From an uncultured cyanobacterium (GTDB lineage Bacteria; Cyanobacteriota; Cyanobacteriia; Pseudanabaenales; Pseudanabaenaceae), in the NCBI GenBank assembly GCA_963703315.1, contig OY969811.1:2784001-2848000 (forward strand): 64,000 nucleotides of DNA, written 5' to 3'. The position numbers and the translations under genes are program-made. Within the stretch, counting starts at the first letter, position 1. Every line of letters starts with the position of its first letter. Positions 10,338 to 19,442 of this stretch are shown here, one piece after another. The notes under the pieces are model-generated. The model did no database searches and was not told the DNA's origin. It saw only the letters and a list, made by a program, of their open reading frames with translations.

Positions 10338-11330
10338 CTAGATAATCACCGTCTGATTAGTGGTAGCAGACTTTTCCGCAGCATTGGCAACAGCTAAGGA
10401 ATGTAAAATACTTTCATAATTAGTATAGAGTGGCGTTCCATTGAGTAGGTGAGACAGAACATTTTCTGTATCTTTTTTAAATAAACCTCGCGTTGTTCCT
10501 GCATCAAGTTCCATTTCTCCAGATTCGGTGATCAACTTACCCTTATCACCAGAAAAAATTAACGCGCCATCACTTCCTTGTAACTCCATGATGCGCTCTG
10601 GCTGCCAAAAGCTCTCACCTTTGCTATAGCTGATATCGGCAAGTACTCCATTCTCAAACTGAAGCTGAGCATTACAGACACAGGAAGTAAAATGATGGGG
10701 TAGATTATCGCCACGATAGCGTAATTGACAAGAGACAGATTTCACCTTGCCAAAAAGAACAATAATGCGATTGAGGCGAGATACCGCAGCAGTTAGAGGG
10801 AAGCCAAATAGGTCTGGTTTGTATGTCCATTTATCAGGGACAGGACGCTGTGGACTTTTGGTGGAATATCTGGCATAGAAAGGCGATCCGATTTTCGATA
10901 GATGTTCGATTACTAACTGATGCACACCACCCAATAGTTCAATATGTTCAACGTGAAGGAGTAAGTTATTCTGTTTGGCAAGATTAACCAATTCTTCCGC
11001 TTCTGCCAAGTTAAAGGACAGAGGATATTCAACAATTACGTGCTTACCCGATCGCAGTGCTTGCCCGACCACAGCCGCATGATCGCGGTTGACATTGCAT
11101 ATCACTACCAAGTCAATATCATTACGCACCACTAGTTCTGACCAGTATTGATGCAGGTTAGGAATGGCAAACTCTTGGGAGATCGCCTGTGCCTTTGCAA
11201 AATTACCTGCGATCGCCATCACCTTAGTTCGGGAATCTTGGCTAAATATCTCTGCCCGTAGCTTGGCAACAAAACCCGAACCAACGATACCAACCCGCAA
11301 AGGTTGATCTAATGAAGCATAACTGGTCAT
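10338..11330 (-). CDS. bvdR: Gfo/Idh/MocA oxidoreductase, probable biliverdin reductase
   Basis: Rossmann GIVGSG, KHVIVEYPL and HVEHIELLGG, typical of cyanobacterial biliverdin reductase. Confidence 0.8.
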   Translation of the reverse strand: MTSYASLDQPLRVGIVGSGFVAKLRAEIFSQDSRTKVMAIAGNFAKAQAISQEFAIPNLHQYWSELVVRNDIDLVVICNVNRDHAAVVGQALRSGKHVIVEYPLSFNLAEAEELVNLAKQNNLLLHVEHIELLGGVHQLVIEHLSKIGSPFYARYSTKSPQRPVPDKWTYKPDLFGFPLTAAVSRLNRIIVLFGKVKSVSCQLRYRGDNLPHHFTSCVCNAQLQFENGVLADISYSKGESFWQPERIMELQGSDGALIFSGDKGKLITESGEMELDAGTTRGLFKKDTENVLSHLLNGTPLYTNYESILHSLAVANAAEKSATTNQTVII

Positions 11331-11350
11331 GATTGGGAAAGTCTCTTAAT

Positions 11351-11638
11351 TTATTTCAGACGATGCAGTTTAGAGGGTGGTAATAGCTTCCGCTCTTGGA
11401 CAACTTTAGGACGTGGCGATCGCACATAAAAGATTTTACGTCCTGTTGTCTCATTGACCCAACGCGCAAAGCGATTCCAGATTTTTTCTGATAGGTATTT
11501 TTGAGCAACGATCGCTAATCCAATGACTATGGCGATCGGAAATACAGAGTCAAAGGGATTGCCATCACGACTGCCTATAAACAGCATCACAACTGCGGAA
11601 ATCAGTGCTGATATGATCAAAAATTGAAATTTAGACAT
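11351..11638 (-). CDS. Small hypothetical membrane protein (2 TM, basic tail)
   Basis: 95-aa ORF with GAGGA RBS and two hydrophobic segments, co-oriented between thrB and bvdR. Confidence 0.7.
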   Translation of the reverse strand: MSKFQFLIISALISAVVMLFIGSRDGNPFDSVFPIAIVIGLAIVAQKYLSEKIWNRFARWVNETTGRKIFYVRSPRPKVVQERKLLPPSKLHRLK

Positions 11639-11670
11639 AATGGTTCCTCAACTATAGAGTTCATTTATTG

Positions 11671-11729
11671 GCTAAGGAATAATTTTGTGTGGCGCGGCGT
11701 AGCTGCGCCACACAAAATTATTCCTTAGC
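11671..11729. repeat. Long palindrome (28-bp arms, GC-GTA-GC apex); REP-like or terminator
   Basis: gctaaggaataattttgtgtggcgcggc-gta-gctgcgccacacaaaattattccttagc. Confidence 0.85.
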
Positions 11730-12633
11730 GACTTGTGAAGGTTGTACCATCTTTGGCGATCGCTAGACATTTTGTTATAGCCTTGACCCCAATTGATTGC
11801 CATGCTTGTTGCATTGCTTGGGCGACTATCTCTATTGTACCCACTGGGGCTAAAGAAAGTAGTGTAGGACCTGCGCCGCTAATTACCATGCCGTATGCTC
11901 CTGACGAGATCGCTGCCGTTTGCACCTCTGCCATACCGACAATAAGGCTTTCGCGATAGGGCTGATGTAGTCGATCTTGCAGTCCTGCCCTTAGCCAATC
12001 CACATTTCCTGTAGAAATTCCATGACTGAGGAGTGCCAAATGGGAAGCATTAAAAATCGCATCATGCATTGAAACTTGTTTTGGCAAAACTTGTCGCGCT
12101 TTGGCTGTCGATAACTCAAAGTCAGGAATTGCTACAGCGATCGCAATATCTTCATGCCAGTTTAAATCGCAAAATTCCCAGCCTTCAGACTGATTTGATG
12201 CCATCAGTTGACAACCACCTAATACGGCGGGCGCAACATTATCGGGATGTCCTTCCATCGCGATCGCCAAATCCAGTAATTCTCCACGCTCAAGCGGTGA
12301 ACCAGCTAACAAGTTTGCGCCAAATAGACCGCCTACAATGGCAGTTGCCGAGCTACCCAGTCCTCTCGATAAGGGGATTTTGGTATCAGTATGCAAGGTG
12401 ATCGCAGGGATGGGGCGATCGATATGCTGATAAAGCTTGACAATACCTTGATATACAAGGTTAGTTTCGTCTCGTTCTACCTTGTCTGCGCCTTCACCCG
12501 ATGCTGTAATCCGCAATTCATCAGACAGGGAAAATTCAAAATGGTTATATAGCGACAGGGCTGCACCGAGGCAATCGAACCCAGGACCGAGGTTGCCTGT
12601 TGTTGCAGGAACGGAAACTTCAAAAATGGTCAT
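11725..12633 (-). CDS. thrB: Homoserine kinase
   Basis: VPATTGNLGPGFD, IPLSRGLGSSATA (GHMP motif), EGHPDN, ISGAGPT. Confidence 0.97.
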   Translation of the reverse strand: MTIFEVSVPATTGNLGPGFDCLGAALSLYNHFEFSLSDELRITASGEGADKVERDETNLVYQGIVKLYQHIDRPIPAITLHTDTKIPLSRGLGSSATAIVGGLFGANLLAGSPLERGELLDLAIAMEGHPDNVAPAVLGGCQLMASNQSEGWEFCDLNWHEDIAIAVAIPDFELSTAKARQVLPKQVSMHDAIFNASHLALLSHGISTGNVDWLRAGLQDRLHQPYRESLIVGMAEVQTAAISSGAYGMVISGAGPTLLSLAPVGTIEIVAQAMQQAWQSIGVKAITKCLAIAKDGTTFTSR

Positions 12634-12750
12634 GTTGAAAATCTAAAATATGCTGGAGCCAAGAAACGTGAGTTAATCTCCGTCAACGTAGGACATTATA
12701 GCTATCGGTATGCTTATTACAGCAATTTTCGGGCAAACAAATGCATTTCC

Positions 12751-14163
12751 TTAATGAAGCGATCGCCATGTTTCTAAAAAATCATTAATTTCTTGCGTCA
12801 ACCATTCCTTCTCAATTCGGTTCAATCCATCACCAAATTTATGAGAATAAACACCTTGTTGGAGACATAATGCCATAACAGGCTGATTGTTTACCTCATA
12901 AGAACTCTTCATTTCAACCCGTCTTAAATCTTTGGTTTTGCCCTGTACATGGCGCTTTATCCCTAAAACGTCCCAATCAATGCTGAAACTGCGATCGCCG
13001 ATGACTAGATGCACCTTCCCGAATACATTCGATAAAGCGGCATAAGCCATCGCAATTCCTATAATCCAAAATGGAATTGAAAAAAGCACCATAAACAATC
13101 CTGCCCTAGAAGCTCCTGCTGTCCAAAAGACCAGAAATGCATTCCAGAAAATTGCAAAGGTTAATAGACTCGATCCTTCGCCACGCCAACCCGCAGGAGG
13201 AATATGAATTTCTAATAGGTTGTCAGTTTTGTTTATTTCGATCCGACTGCCTAGAGGCTTGTCATAATGACGATTGCTAATTGGTTGAGCGCCTGTACGG
13301 TTGAGCAATTGCATAATATCAAGATCTCTAATCCGACTTTCTAGGGATGGAGATGTTTGATTCTGTAAGGCTTTTAGAGATTGTCTCGCACTGCTAAAAC
13401 GATCCTCGATCGCAGGTTCAATCATTTTGTCGAGCCAGTCAGCAAAGTGTGGCGAAATATTTACTGAATCCCGAAAACTGATTTTAAATCTAATCTCAGG
13501 TAAATCCGATGGCGATCGCCCTGTTAATAAAAATAAAATTGTCGCCCCTAGCGCATACAAGTCCGTTGCAGGTACAGCCTTACCACGAAACTGTTCAGGA
13601 GGCATATAGCCATAGGTTCCGACCACCGTACTACCCCCGATTTGAGTATTGCGATAAGTATCTTGCACTGCCCCAAAATCTACGAGCGCGATCTTGTGAT
13701 TAGGTTGCAGAATTAGGTTTTGCGGTTTGATATCACGATGTATGACGGGCGGCTTGAGTTCATGGAGATAGATCAATACATCGAGAACTTGCTCCACAAT
13801 TTTTTTAATATCTGCTTCAGTGCCATGCCAACCGTCCGCGATCGCCTGTGCTAATGATTTTCCCTCTACTAATTGCTGCACGATGTAAAAATCGCGATCG
13901 CTTGCCGTATCAATTTGAAAATAGTCTAAATAGCGGGGAATTGCGGGATGATCGAGTTGGGAGAGTACCTTAGCTTCACGCTCGAATAATTCTAATATTT
14001 TCCAATCATTCATGCGGCGCAAAGATAGAGCCTTGAGAGCAACGCGATCGCCTGTTTGTGAATCTAGCGCCATATAGGTAATGCCAATGCCACCTTGTCC
14101 CAAAACGTTAGCAATACGATAACGAGACTGGATAATTTCGCCAATTTGATGTATCTCTGACAC
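12751..14163 (-). CDS. Ser/Thr protein kinase (Pkn2-type) with C-terminal membrane domain
   Basis: LGQGGIG, VALK, HRDIKPQN, DFG, GTYGYMPPEQ and two TM helices. The likely start is GTG 14163, because the longer ORF start lies inside a repeat. Confidence 0.92.
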   Translation of the reverse strand: MSEIHQIGEIIQSRYRIANVLGQGGIGITYMALDSQTGDRVALKALSLRRMNDWKILELFEREAKVLSQLDHPAIPRYLDYFQIDTASDRDFYIVQQLVEGKSLAQAIADGWHGTEADIKKIVEQVLDVLIYLHELKPPVIHRDIKPQNLILQPNHKIALVDFGAVQDTYRNTQIGGSTVVGTYGYMPPEQFRGKAVPATDLYALGATILFLLTGRSPSDLPEIRFKISFRDSVNISPHFADWLDKMIEPAIEDRFSSARQSLKALQNQTSPSLESRIRDLDIMQLLNRTGAQPISNRHYDKPLGSRIEINKTDNLLEIHIPPAGWRGEGSSLLTFAIFWNAFLVFWTAGASRAGLFMVLFSIPFWIIGIAMAYAALSNVFGKVHLVIGDRSFSIDWDVLGIKRHVQGKTKDLRRVEMKSSYEVNNQPVMALCLQQGVYSHKFGDGLNRIEKEWLTQEINDFLETWRSLH

Positions 14164-14266
14164 AAATTTTTCCCTTGAGTGCGACCAAAAAACGCAGTAA
14201 AGGCAATGCATGAATTTGCCCTTACTACATTTTATAGCTGTCGCCAGTCTTGTTAAAACAAAAAAC

Positions 14267-14305
14267 AGAAGCGAGTTGCGGCGCTTTGCGCCGCAACTCG
14301 CTTCT
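14267..14305. repeat. REP-like palindrome (family with 45666, 57525, 59458)
   Basis: agaagcgagttgcggcgc-ttt-gcgccgcaactcgcttct. Confidence 0.85.
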
Positions 14306-14315
14306 AAATCATGAT

Positions 14316-16985
14316 TTAAGCGTGAAGCCAAGCTTCAGTGGCAATTCCTAATTTGCTAGCGGTATCAATTAACTGATGTAGCTCTAAATTAGAAATACTT
14401 TCACAGAGATTGACCTCAATGTGAATCGGTTGTTTTTCGACAGATTCTAAATCGAGAATTTGTCTAGCAAGCACGCATTGGGGAGCAATCCGTTTAAAGA
14501 GATAATTCAGGAAAGCCTCTTGAGATAGATTCAGATCAAGTTTCAGATTTAGGCGATCGCTAATTGCTAAAGACTCCTCAATTTGATTGAGATAGTTAAA
14601 TAGCGATTTTTCATCAATTTCTTGAAGTTGCGAAAGTTGATTAATCTGGCTCAAAATATAGTTTTCCAGAATCTTGGCATCTTCCTCATGGGTAAACTTG
14701 CAACCGAGATTAAGAGCTTCGATCGCCACCGCATCTAGTCCCACATTCGGCAGTGATGCACCAGTCTCTAAGCGCGTCAGTTCCTCGGTGAGGCGATTGT
14801 TCAGTACGATATCAGCCGCAACTTGGAGTTCACGCGGCACGGGTAGATCATCACGACGGAAGGAAATCAAAATTCCATAATTATCGCGATAGACCTGTTC
14901 GTATAACTGATCAAGTCTAGTCAGCGTCTCATCCGCCAGCATTCGCAAAATTTTGTGCCGTTCTTCTGCAAAGAGATGATGCAGATTGAACTGTTCACCG
15001 CTAAAGTTGCTTGCCATTGCCAAGATGACTGACGCTGTATTCGCTTGTTTGAGAACCTTAAATAAGGTTGCCTTGATCTCCTCATATTCGCGCCTTCCTG
15101 TGAAGGGTTGAATGCAGCAATGGAAGTCATCACCACCCAGATGCAGCACCGCAAAAATATAATTAACGGATTCTTGGGTAATTCCTGAGACTAGTTGAAT
15201 TTGCCCGATCGCTAAGGACATCGAACCAATTCGTTGCAGTTGATAATCCTGCTGTTGAATTTGGTAACAATAGATTTGTTGCGATCGCGCATAATTCCCC
15301 AAAGTCGAACTGAGAGCATATTGAGCCGCCACTTGAGCCAGACTAATCCGATTGGTGACGACCTGTTCTCGATACATACCCTCACCATCGCGAAACTCAA
15401 CAAGGTTACTCGGCGCTTTTGCCATGCGCTTAATAAACTCATCCTCTAGCAACACACCTGCGACATCGGCGGCGAGCTCGATCGCTCTGGCGGCATAGCG
15501 CAAAATCTGCACAGTTTCAGGACGCGATAATTCCTCAAAGAACCAGCCACAACTAGTAAACATCAGCAAGGCATGGCGCTGCATTTCCAACAAACGCAGA
15601 GCATCGATTCTCTGAGCCGAGGAGGTGACTTTACCGCCACATTGCTGTTCAAAGAACTTCTCTAATACTGGTGAATGTGCCGCAATGCCATCGCGTAGCG
15701 AATATTGCAACACGTCAATATAGCGATCGCGAGCTTCCCAAGGATCGTTAAAATATTTGCGTCCAATGTCCACATAAACTGTGGCAAGGCGATCGCGCAA
15801 CCAGTTGAGACTATCGCGCAAGGGTCGCCGCCAAAGTTGCTGATAGGTGGAGCCTTCACCGCCACAGGTACAACCACCTTGCCAGCGATCGACACCATGA
15901 GCGCAACTCCAAGCCGTCACTGACTTAAGTTCGGCTTCGTAGGTGGGCGGAAAAATACTCAGATAATGAGCATAATTAGTCACTGTCCAGCCGCGTTTCG
16001 GAAATTCTTCGACAAAAGCATAGGAAAGAGTTTTTTCAGTGAAGTGCTTGTGATGCCCGAAGGTTTCGCCATCGGTTGCGACTGATACCATTTGATGCGA
16101 ACGACCATCATTTCGCACCGCTTGACTAAGACGCTTTGCGAAATTGTGAGAACTGCCTAAGAGATCCCCAAATCCCATATCCCGCGAGATCGGACCATCA
16201 TAGAAAAACACATCAATGTAAGCATCGGTGTCAGGCGGCAAATGGAACTGCCCTAGTTCTGACACTTTACCCGCGCTACTACTATGGCGACGCAAATAGC
16301 AACGATAGGGACGATTGGGATCAATCTGTGCGCCACCGACTTCTTCCCATGCAGGATTGGGATGATTTTCACTGGGCATAGGGCGACAGCGTTGTGCCTG
16401 TGAAGGAGCTAGCACAATAAATTTGATCCCCTCTAAAACCAGCGCCTCAAGGGTTTCATAATCAACGGCTGTTTCCGCTAGCCACATCCCTTCAGGTTCC
16501 CGCCCAAAACGGGATTTAAAATCTTCTTTACCCCAACGAATTTGGGTTAATTTATCCCGCCAATTGGCTAAGGGCATGATGATGTGGTTATAGACCTGTG
16601 CGATCGCATTGCCATGACCATTTAGGCGATCGGCACTGCGTTTGTCAGCATCCAGAATTGCTTGATAGGTATCGCGATCGTGAAATTCCATCCATGAGAG
16701 CAACGTGGGTCCCATGTTGAAACTCATGTACTCATAGTTATTGACAATCTTCACGATTTTGCCGTCATAACGCTCAATCCGTGAGAAGGCGTTAGGACGA
16801 TAGCATTCATGATGAATCCTCGCATTCCAGTCATGAAAAGGAGCGGCACTTTCTTGGCGCTCGATCGCATTGAGGTAAGGATTTTCACGCGGGGGCTGAT
16901 AAAAGTGACCGTGAATCGTAATATAAATTCCCGAATCAGTGGCACGCTGAACATCAGGTGGAGAAACAGAAGCAGCAACAGTCAC
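14316..16985 (-). CDS. Glycoside hydrolase family 57 / DUF3536 protein
   Basis: HGHFYQPPRENP, GMWLAETAVD, ATDGETFGHH, WSCAHGVDRW, MFTSCGWFF. Confidence 0.92.
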   Translation of the reverse strand: MTVAASVSPPDVQRATDSGIYITIHGHFYQPPRENPYLNAIERQESAAPFHDWNARIHHECYRPNAFSRIERYDGKIVKIVNNYEYMSFNMGPTLLSWMEFHDRDTYQAILDADKRSADRLNGHGNAIAQVYNHIIMPLANWRDKLTQIRWGKEDFKSRFGREPEGMWLAETAVDYETLEALVLEGIKFIVLAPSQAQRCRPMPSENHPNPAWEEVGGAQIDPNRPYRCYLRRHSSSAGKVSELGQFHLPPDTDAYIDVFFYDGPISRDMGFGDLLGSSHNFAKRLSQAVRNDGRSHQMVSVATDGETFGHHKHFTEKTLSYAFVEEFPKRGWTVTNYAHYLSIFPPTYEAELKSVTAWSCAHGVDRWQGGCTCGGEGSTYQQLWRRPLRDSLNWLRDRLATVYVDIGRKYFNDPWEARDRYIDVLQYSLRDGIAAHSPVLEKFFEQQCGGKVTSSAQRIDALRLLEMQRHALLMFTSCGWFFEELSRPETVQILRYAARAIELAADVAGVLLEDEFIKRMAKAPSNLVEFRDGEGMYREQVVTNRISLAQVAAQYALSSTLGNYARSQQIYCYQIQQQDYQLQRIGSMSLAIGQIQLVSGITQESVNYIFAVLHLGGDDFHCCIQPFTGRREYEEIKATLFKVLKQANTASVILAMASNFSGEQFNLHHLFAEERHKILRMLADETLTRLDQLYEQVYRDNYGILISFRRDDLPVPRELQVAADIVLNNRLTEELTRLETGASLPNVGLDAVAIEALNLGCKFTHEEDAKILENYILSQINQLSQLQEIDEKSLFNYLNQIEESLAISDRLNLKLDLNLSQEAFLNYLFKRIAPQCVLARQILDLESVEKQPIHIEVNLCESISNLELHQLIDTASKLGIATEAWLHA

Positions 16986-17082
16986 GCAAATCTTCCCTTA
17001 TAAGGCAAACGACATCTAAACCATCTTGGCAGATTTTCCTAGTGGTTTGCAAGGAAGTATAGAAAAGTTTGAGAAACTAGAG

Positions 17083-17188
17083 CTAAGTATCTGAGCATAG
17101 TTAAAAACCAGAACCAAAACCTGTGGCGCACGCTGCGCGTGCGCCACAGGTTTTGGGATTGTATATTTAATTGCGCCCAGATACTTAG
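17083..17188 (+). mobile_element. MITE-like element of about 105 bp (terminal inverted repeats plus central GC hairpin)
   Basis: Ends are ctaagtatctg and cagatacttag. The core is near-identical to the 28726-28829 copy. Confidence 0.75.
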
Positions 17189-17289
17189 ATCTGTCGAGCC
17201 TGCTTTTGATGGCTAGGTTTCAAGTCTTGCGGTGCAACCCTTATGTCATAGACTGACTATAAAAATTGTTGAGAAACTATTTTTTGCAA

Positions 17290-17339
17290 AGGCGATCGCT
17301 TGATTGCTTGTTTACAGGTTTATGAGTATGCTGATCGCA
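17290..17339 (+). repeat. 50-bp HIP1-anchored direct repeat, copy 1
   Basis: aggcgatcgcttgattgcttgtttacaggttta... matches 18544-18593. Confidence 0.85.
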
Positions 17340-17404
17340 TAGAGAATATTGCTAAAATATTCAGTAAATTCATCATTTCAGTGTATCGCTTGGAGAATCT
17401 GTGT

Positions 17405-17611
17405 ATGCTAACTAGACAAAGGCTTGAACTATTATCGGCAAGTGCTTGGGATGTTGCCATGAGTGAGATTAATAGTAGCAATCCAGAAAAGCTAAATCTC
17501 AGACGACAAAGAATCAATCAATTATTTACAACATGGGCTATGTTGGACAGTGAAGATGAACAGAAAGAAGCATTGAAAGTCATTGCATCTGTTGAAGGTG
17601 TTTCGATCTAA
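17405..17611 (+). CDS. Putative antitoxin (68 aa)
   Basis: GGAG RBS before ATG 17405. Its stop overlaps (TAATG) the start of a PIN-like fragment. Confidence 0.55.
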   Translation: MLTRQRLELLSASAWDVAMSEINSSNPEKLNLRRQRINQLFTTWAMLDSEDEQKEALKVIASVEGVSI

Positions 17612-17676
17612 TGAGTCAGATTATCTTTTTGGATTCTACGCCTGTTGGATTAATTGCGAATCATTACGAATTCTAA
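17611..17676 (+). pseudogene. Truncated PIN/VapC toxin N-terminus
   Basis: MSQIIFLDSTPVGLIAN resembles the first PIN strand (hhLDS). It ends exactly where the convergent vapC gene ends. Confidence 0.55.
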
Positions 17677-18119
17677 TAGGAAGAAGATTTTTCAGTTGCC
17701 CAGTCTTCAATTGATAAGTTTGGAATTTGTCCAAAATCCTTAGCATTGCGGGTAATTACAGTGGCGTTGATAGATAAGGCGATCGCGGCGATCCTTAAAT
17801 CTCTTGTCCCCAAACGCCTAAACTGGCGGCGCAAAATCTCAAACTGATTATAAGCTTTAGTGTCAAAACTAACTCTCTGTATAGTTTGGAAGAAATCCAA
17901 AGCTTTCTCAATCTCTGAATAGGCTAAAAGTAGTCTTGATGACTGGGAGGCTTGGCTATATTTATTAATTTCACTGAGCCATCCTTGACAAATCTCTTCA
18001 GCCGTTATGATTGAGATGGCTAGGTCATTTGGTTCGGTTTGAAATACGCGATCACAAACCAGATTATTTCCTTTGAGAAATAAAGAAGCATGATCGGTAT
18101 CAAGTATCAATAGACTCAA
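17673..18119 (-). CDS. vapC: VapC/PIN-domain toxin
   Basis: ILDTDH, ISIITAEE, DLRIAAIAL, TRNAKDF, IPNLSIEDW. Confidence 0.92.
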   Translation of the reverse strand: MSLLILDTDHASLFLKGNNLVCDRVFQTEPNDLAISIITAEEICQGWLSEINKYSQASQSSRLLLAYSEIEKALDFFQTIQRVSFDTKAYNQFEILRRQFRRLGTRDLRIAAIALSINATVITRNAKDFGQIPNLSIEDWATEKSSSY

Positions 18120-18472
18120 GCGATTTTTTCCTCTTGATAGTCAATTTTGGTCTGTGAATCTAGTTCACGACGATGAGATTCAATGTTGGCTAGTACGGAG
18201 TCAAATAGCTGACTATTTTTATAAATTCCTGCGAACTTTCGCCAAGGATGTTCTTGTTTGGGAATTTCTAGTTCTAGAGATATGACTTCATTCTCTGATA
18301 AATTTGCAGTAATTAATCGATCTAATTCAGAAATAGCTGAGTGGCGATCGCTGCTAGTAACTCTATATTCAGGCAGTTCTAATGCTCTAGCGCTGACTCT
18401 ACCATCTTTTTCATTTTTGACTAAGACGTTAATAGACAGTTTAGTTTGTCCGTTAATCAGTTTAGCGTTCAT
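18116..18472 (-). CDS. Antitoxin (HicB-like N-terminus) paired with VapC
   Basis: Overlaps the vapC start (ATGA). HPWRKFAG motif and small size. Confidence 0.7.
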   Translation of the reverse strand: MNAKLINGQTKLSINVLVKNEKDGRVSARALELPEYRVTSSDRHSAISELDRLITANLSENEVISLELEIPKQEHPWRKFAGIYKNSQLFDSVLANIESHRRELDSQTKIDYQEEKIA

Positions 18473-18543
18473 AAAATTTACCTTTGGCGATCGCATTGCT
18501 TACAATGCTTTATATTATGACACTGCTTAATGATTATGGGCAT

Positions 18544-18593
18544 AGGCGATCGCTTGATTGCTTGTTGACAGGTTTAGGTGTGTGGCGATCGCA
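18544..18593 (+). repeat. 50-bp HIP1-anchored direct repeat, copy 2
   Basis: aggcgatcgcttgattgcttgttgacaggttta...gatcgca. Confidence 0.85.
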
Positions 18594-18783
18594 ATAATTA
18601 CTCTATGAACTTTGTGAGCTTTTACATATTTTAAAAGTTTTTAATCCTTAGAAAATTTAGAAAAAAGGACATAAAAGTATTATCCTAAAAATAGTGGGTG
18701 TGATATTTTTTAGGGTTGGTGTTGCTCTAATTTCTGCAAATTTCTGGGGAATAGTCCTCAAAGTCTATTGAGAGTAAATCAAG

Positions 18784-19422
18784 ATGTCTATAAATAATAC
18801 TGAGATTCGTTTGCTTCTAAATCTATGGGATTTGGGGGAAGGTCAAGGCATGGTAAACAAGGGTAAGGTCTTACCGTCCTTTAGTGGAAAGGATAAGGAT
18901 ATTAAGAAGGCTGAGTATAAGAATGCTTTGCAGATTTTGATCGATGGTGGGGCGATCGCTGTGTCTACTAAGTATTCGCTGACAGATGCGGGTTTGCAGA
19001 GGTTGGCTGATGGTTTACGATCGCCTGATTTTAGTTTTGAGGGGGCAACGTTGGTCAGCAGCCGTTTGGCAAATGCGGCTTTGCGATGGTTTCAGCAAAA
19101 TTCCGATCAGGTAGTAAGTGTTGAGTCTGCGCCTAAGATTTCGTCTTACGATGAGTTTAAGGTTGTGGCTTTAGAAACTTATAAGCGTCTGAGCTATGAA
19201 TCTAATGTAAGTAAGCTCGTCCCTATCTATCAGATCCGCCGTGATATTGGCGATCGCGTGACTCGTACTCAGTTTAATGACTGGATGCTAGAGATGCATC
19301 GCACTGATGTTTTGCATTTGCATGATGGCGGTTCTTTGCAGGCAACGGAAGATCAAGCTAAGGACTCGATATATAGCGAGTTACTAAAAACTTACTACTT
19401 CAACGCCGAACTGTTTAACTAA
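18784..19422 (+). CDS. Putative double winged-helix DNA-binding protein (RcaD-like)
   Basis: N-terminal wHTH-like segment ending YSLTDAGLQRL. The C-terminal LVPIYQIRR...TRTQFNDWMLEM...DSI resembles cyanobacterial RcaD-family C-domains (recalled, not searched). Confidence 0.6.
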   Translation: MSINNTEIRLLLNLWDLGEGQGMVNKGKVLPSFSGKDKDIKKAEYKNALQILIDGGAIAVSTKYSLTDAGLQRLADGLRSPDFSFEGATLVSSRLANAALRWFQQNSDQVVSVESAPKISSYDEFKVVALETYKRLSYESNVSKLVPIYQIRRDIGDRVTRTQFNDWMLEMHRTDVLHLHDGGSLQATEDQAKDSIYSELLKTYYFNAELFN

Positions 19423-19442
19423 TCATCCAACTTTTTCCCATC

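Noticed and set aside
14164..14331. N-terminal extension of the 526-aa kinase ORF
   Set aside because: It runs through a palindromic repeat and overlaps the GH57 stop. The kinase domain begins just after GTG 14163.
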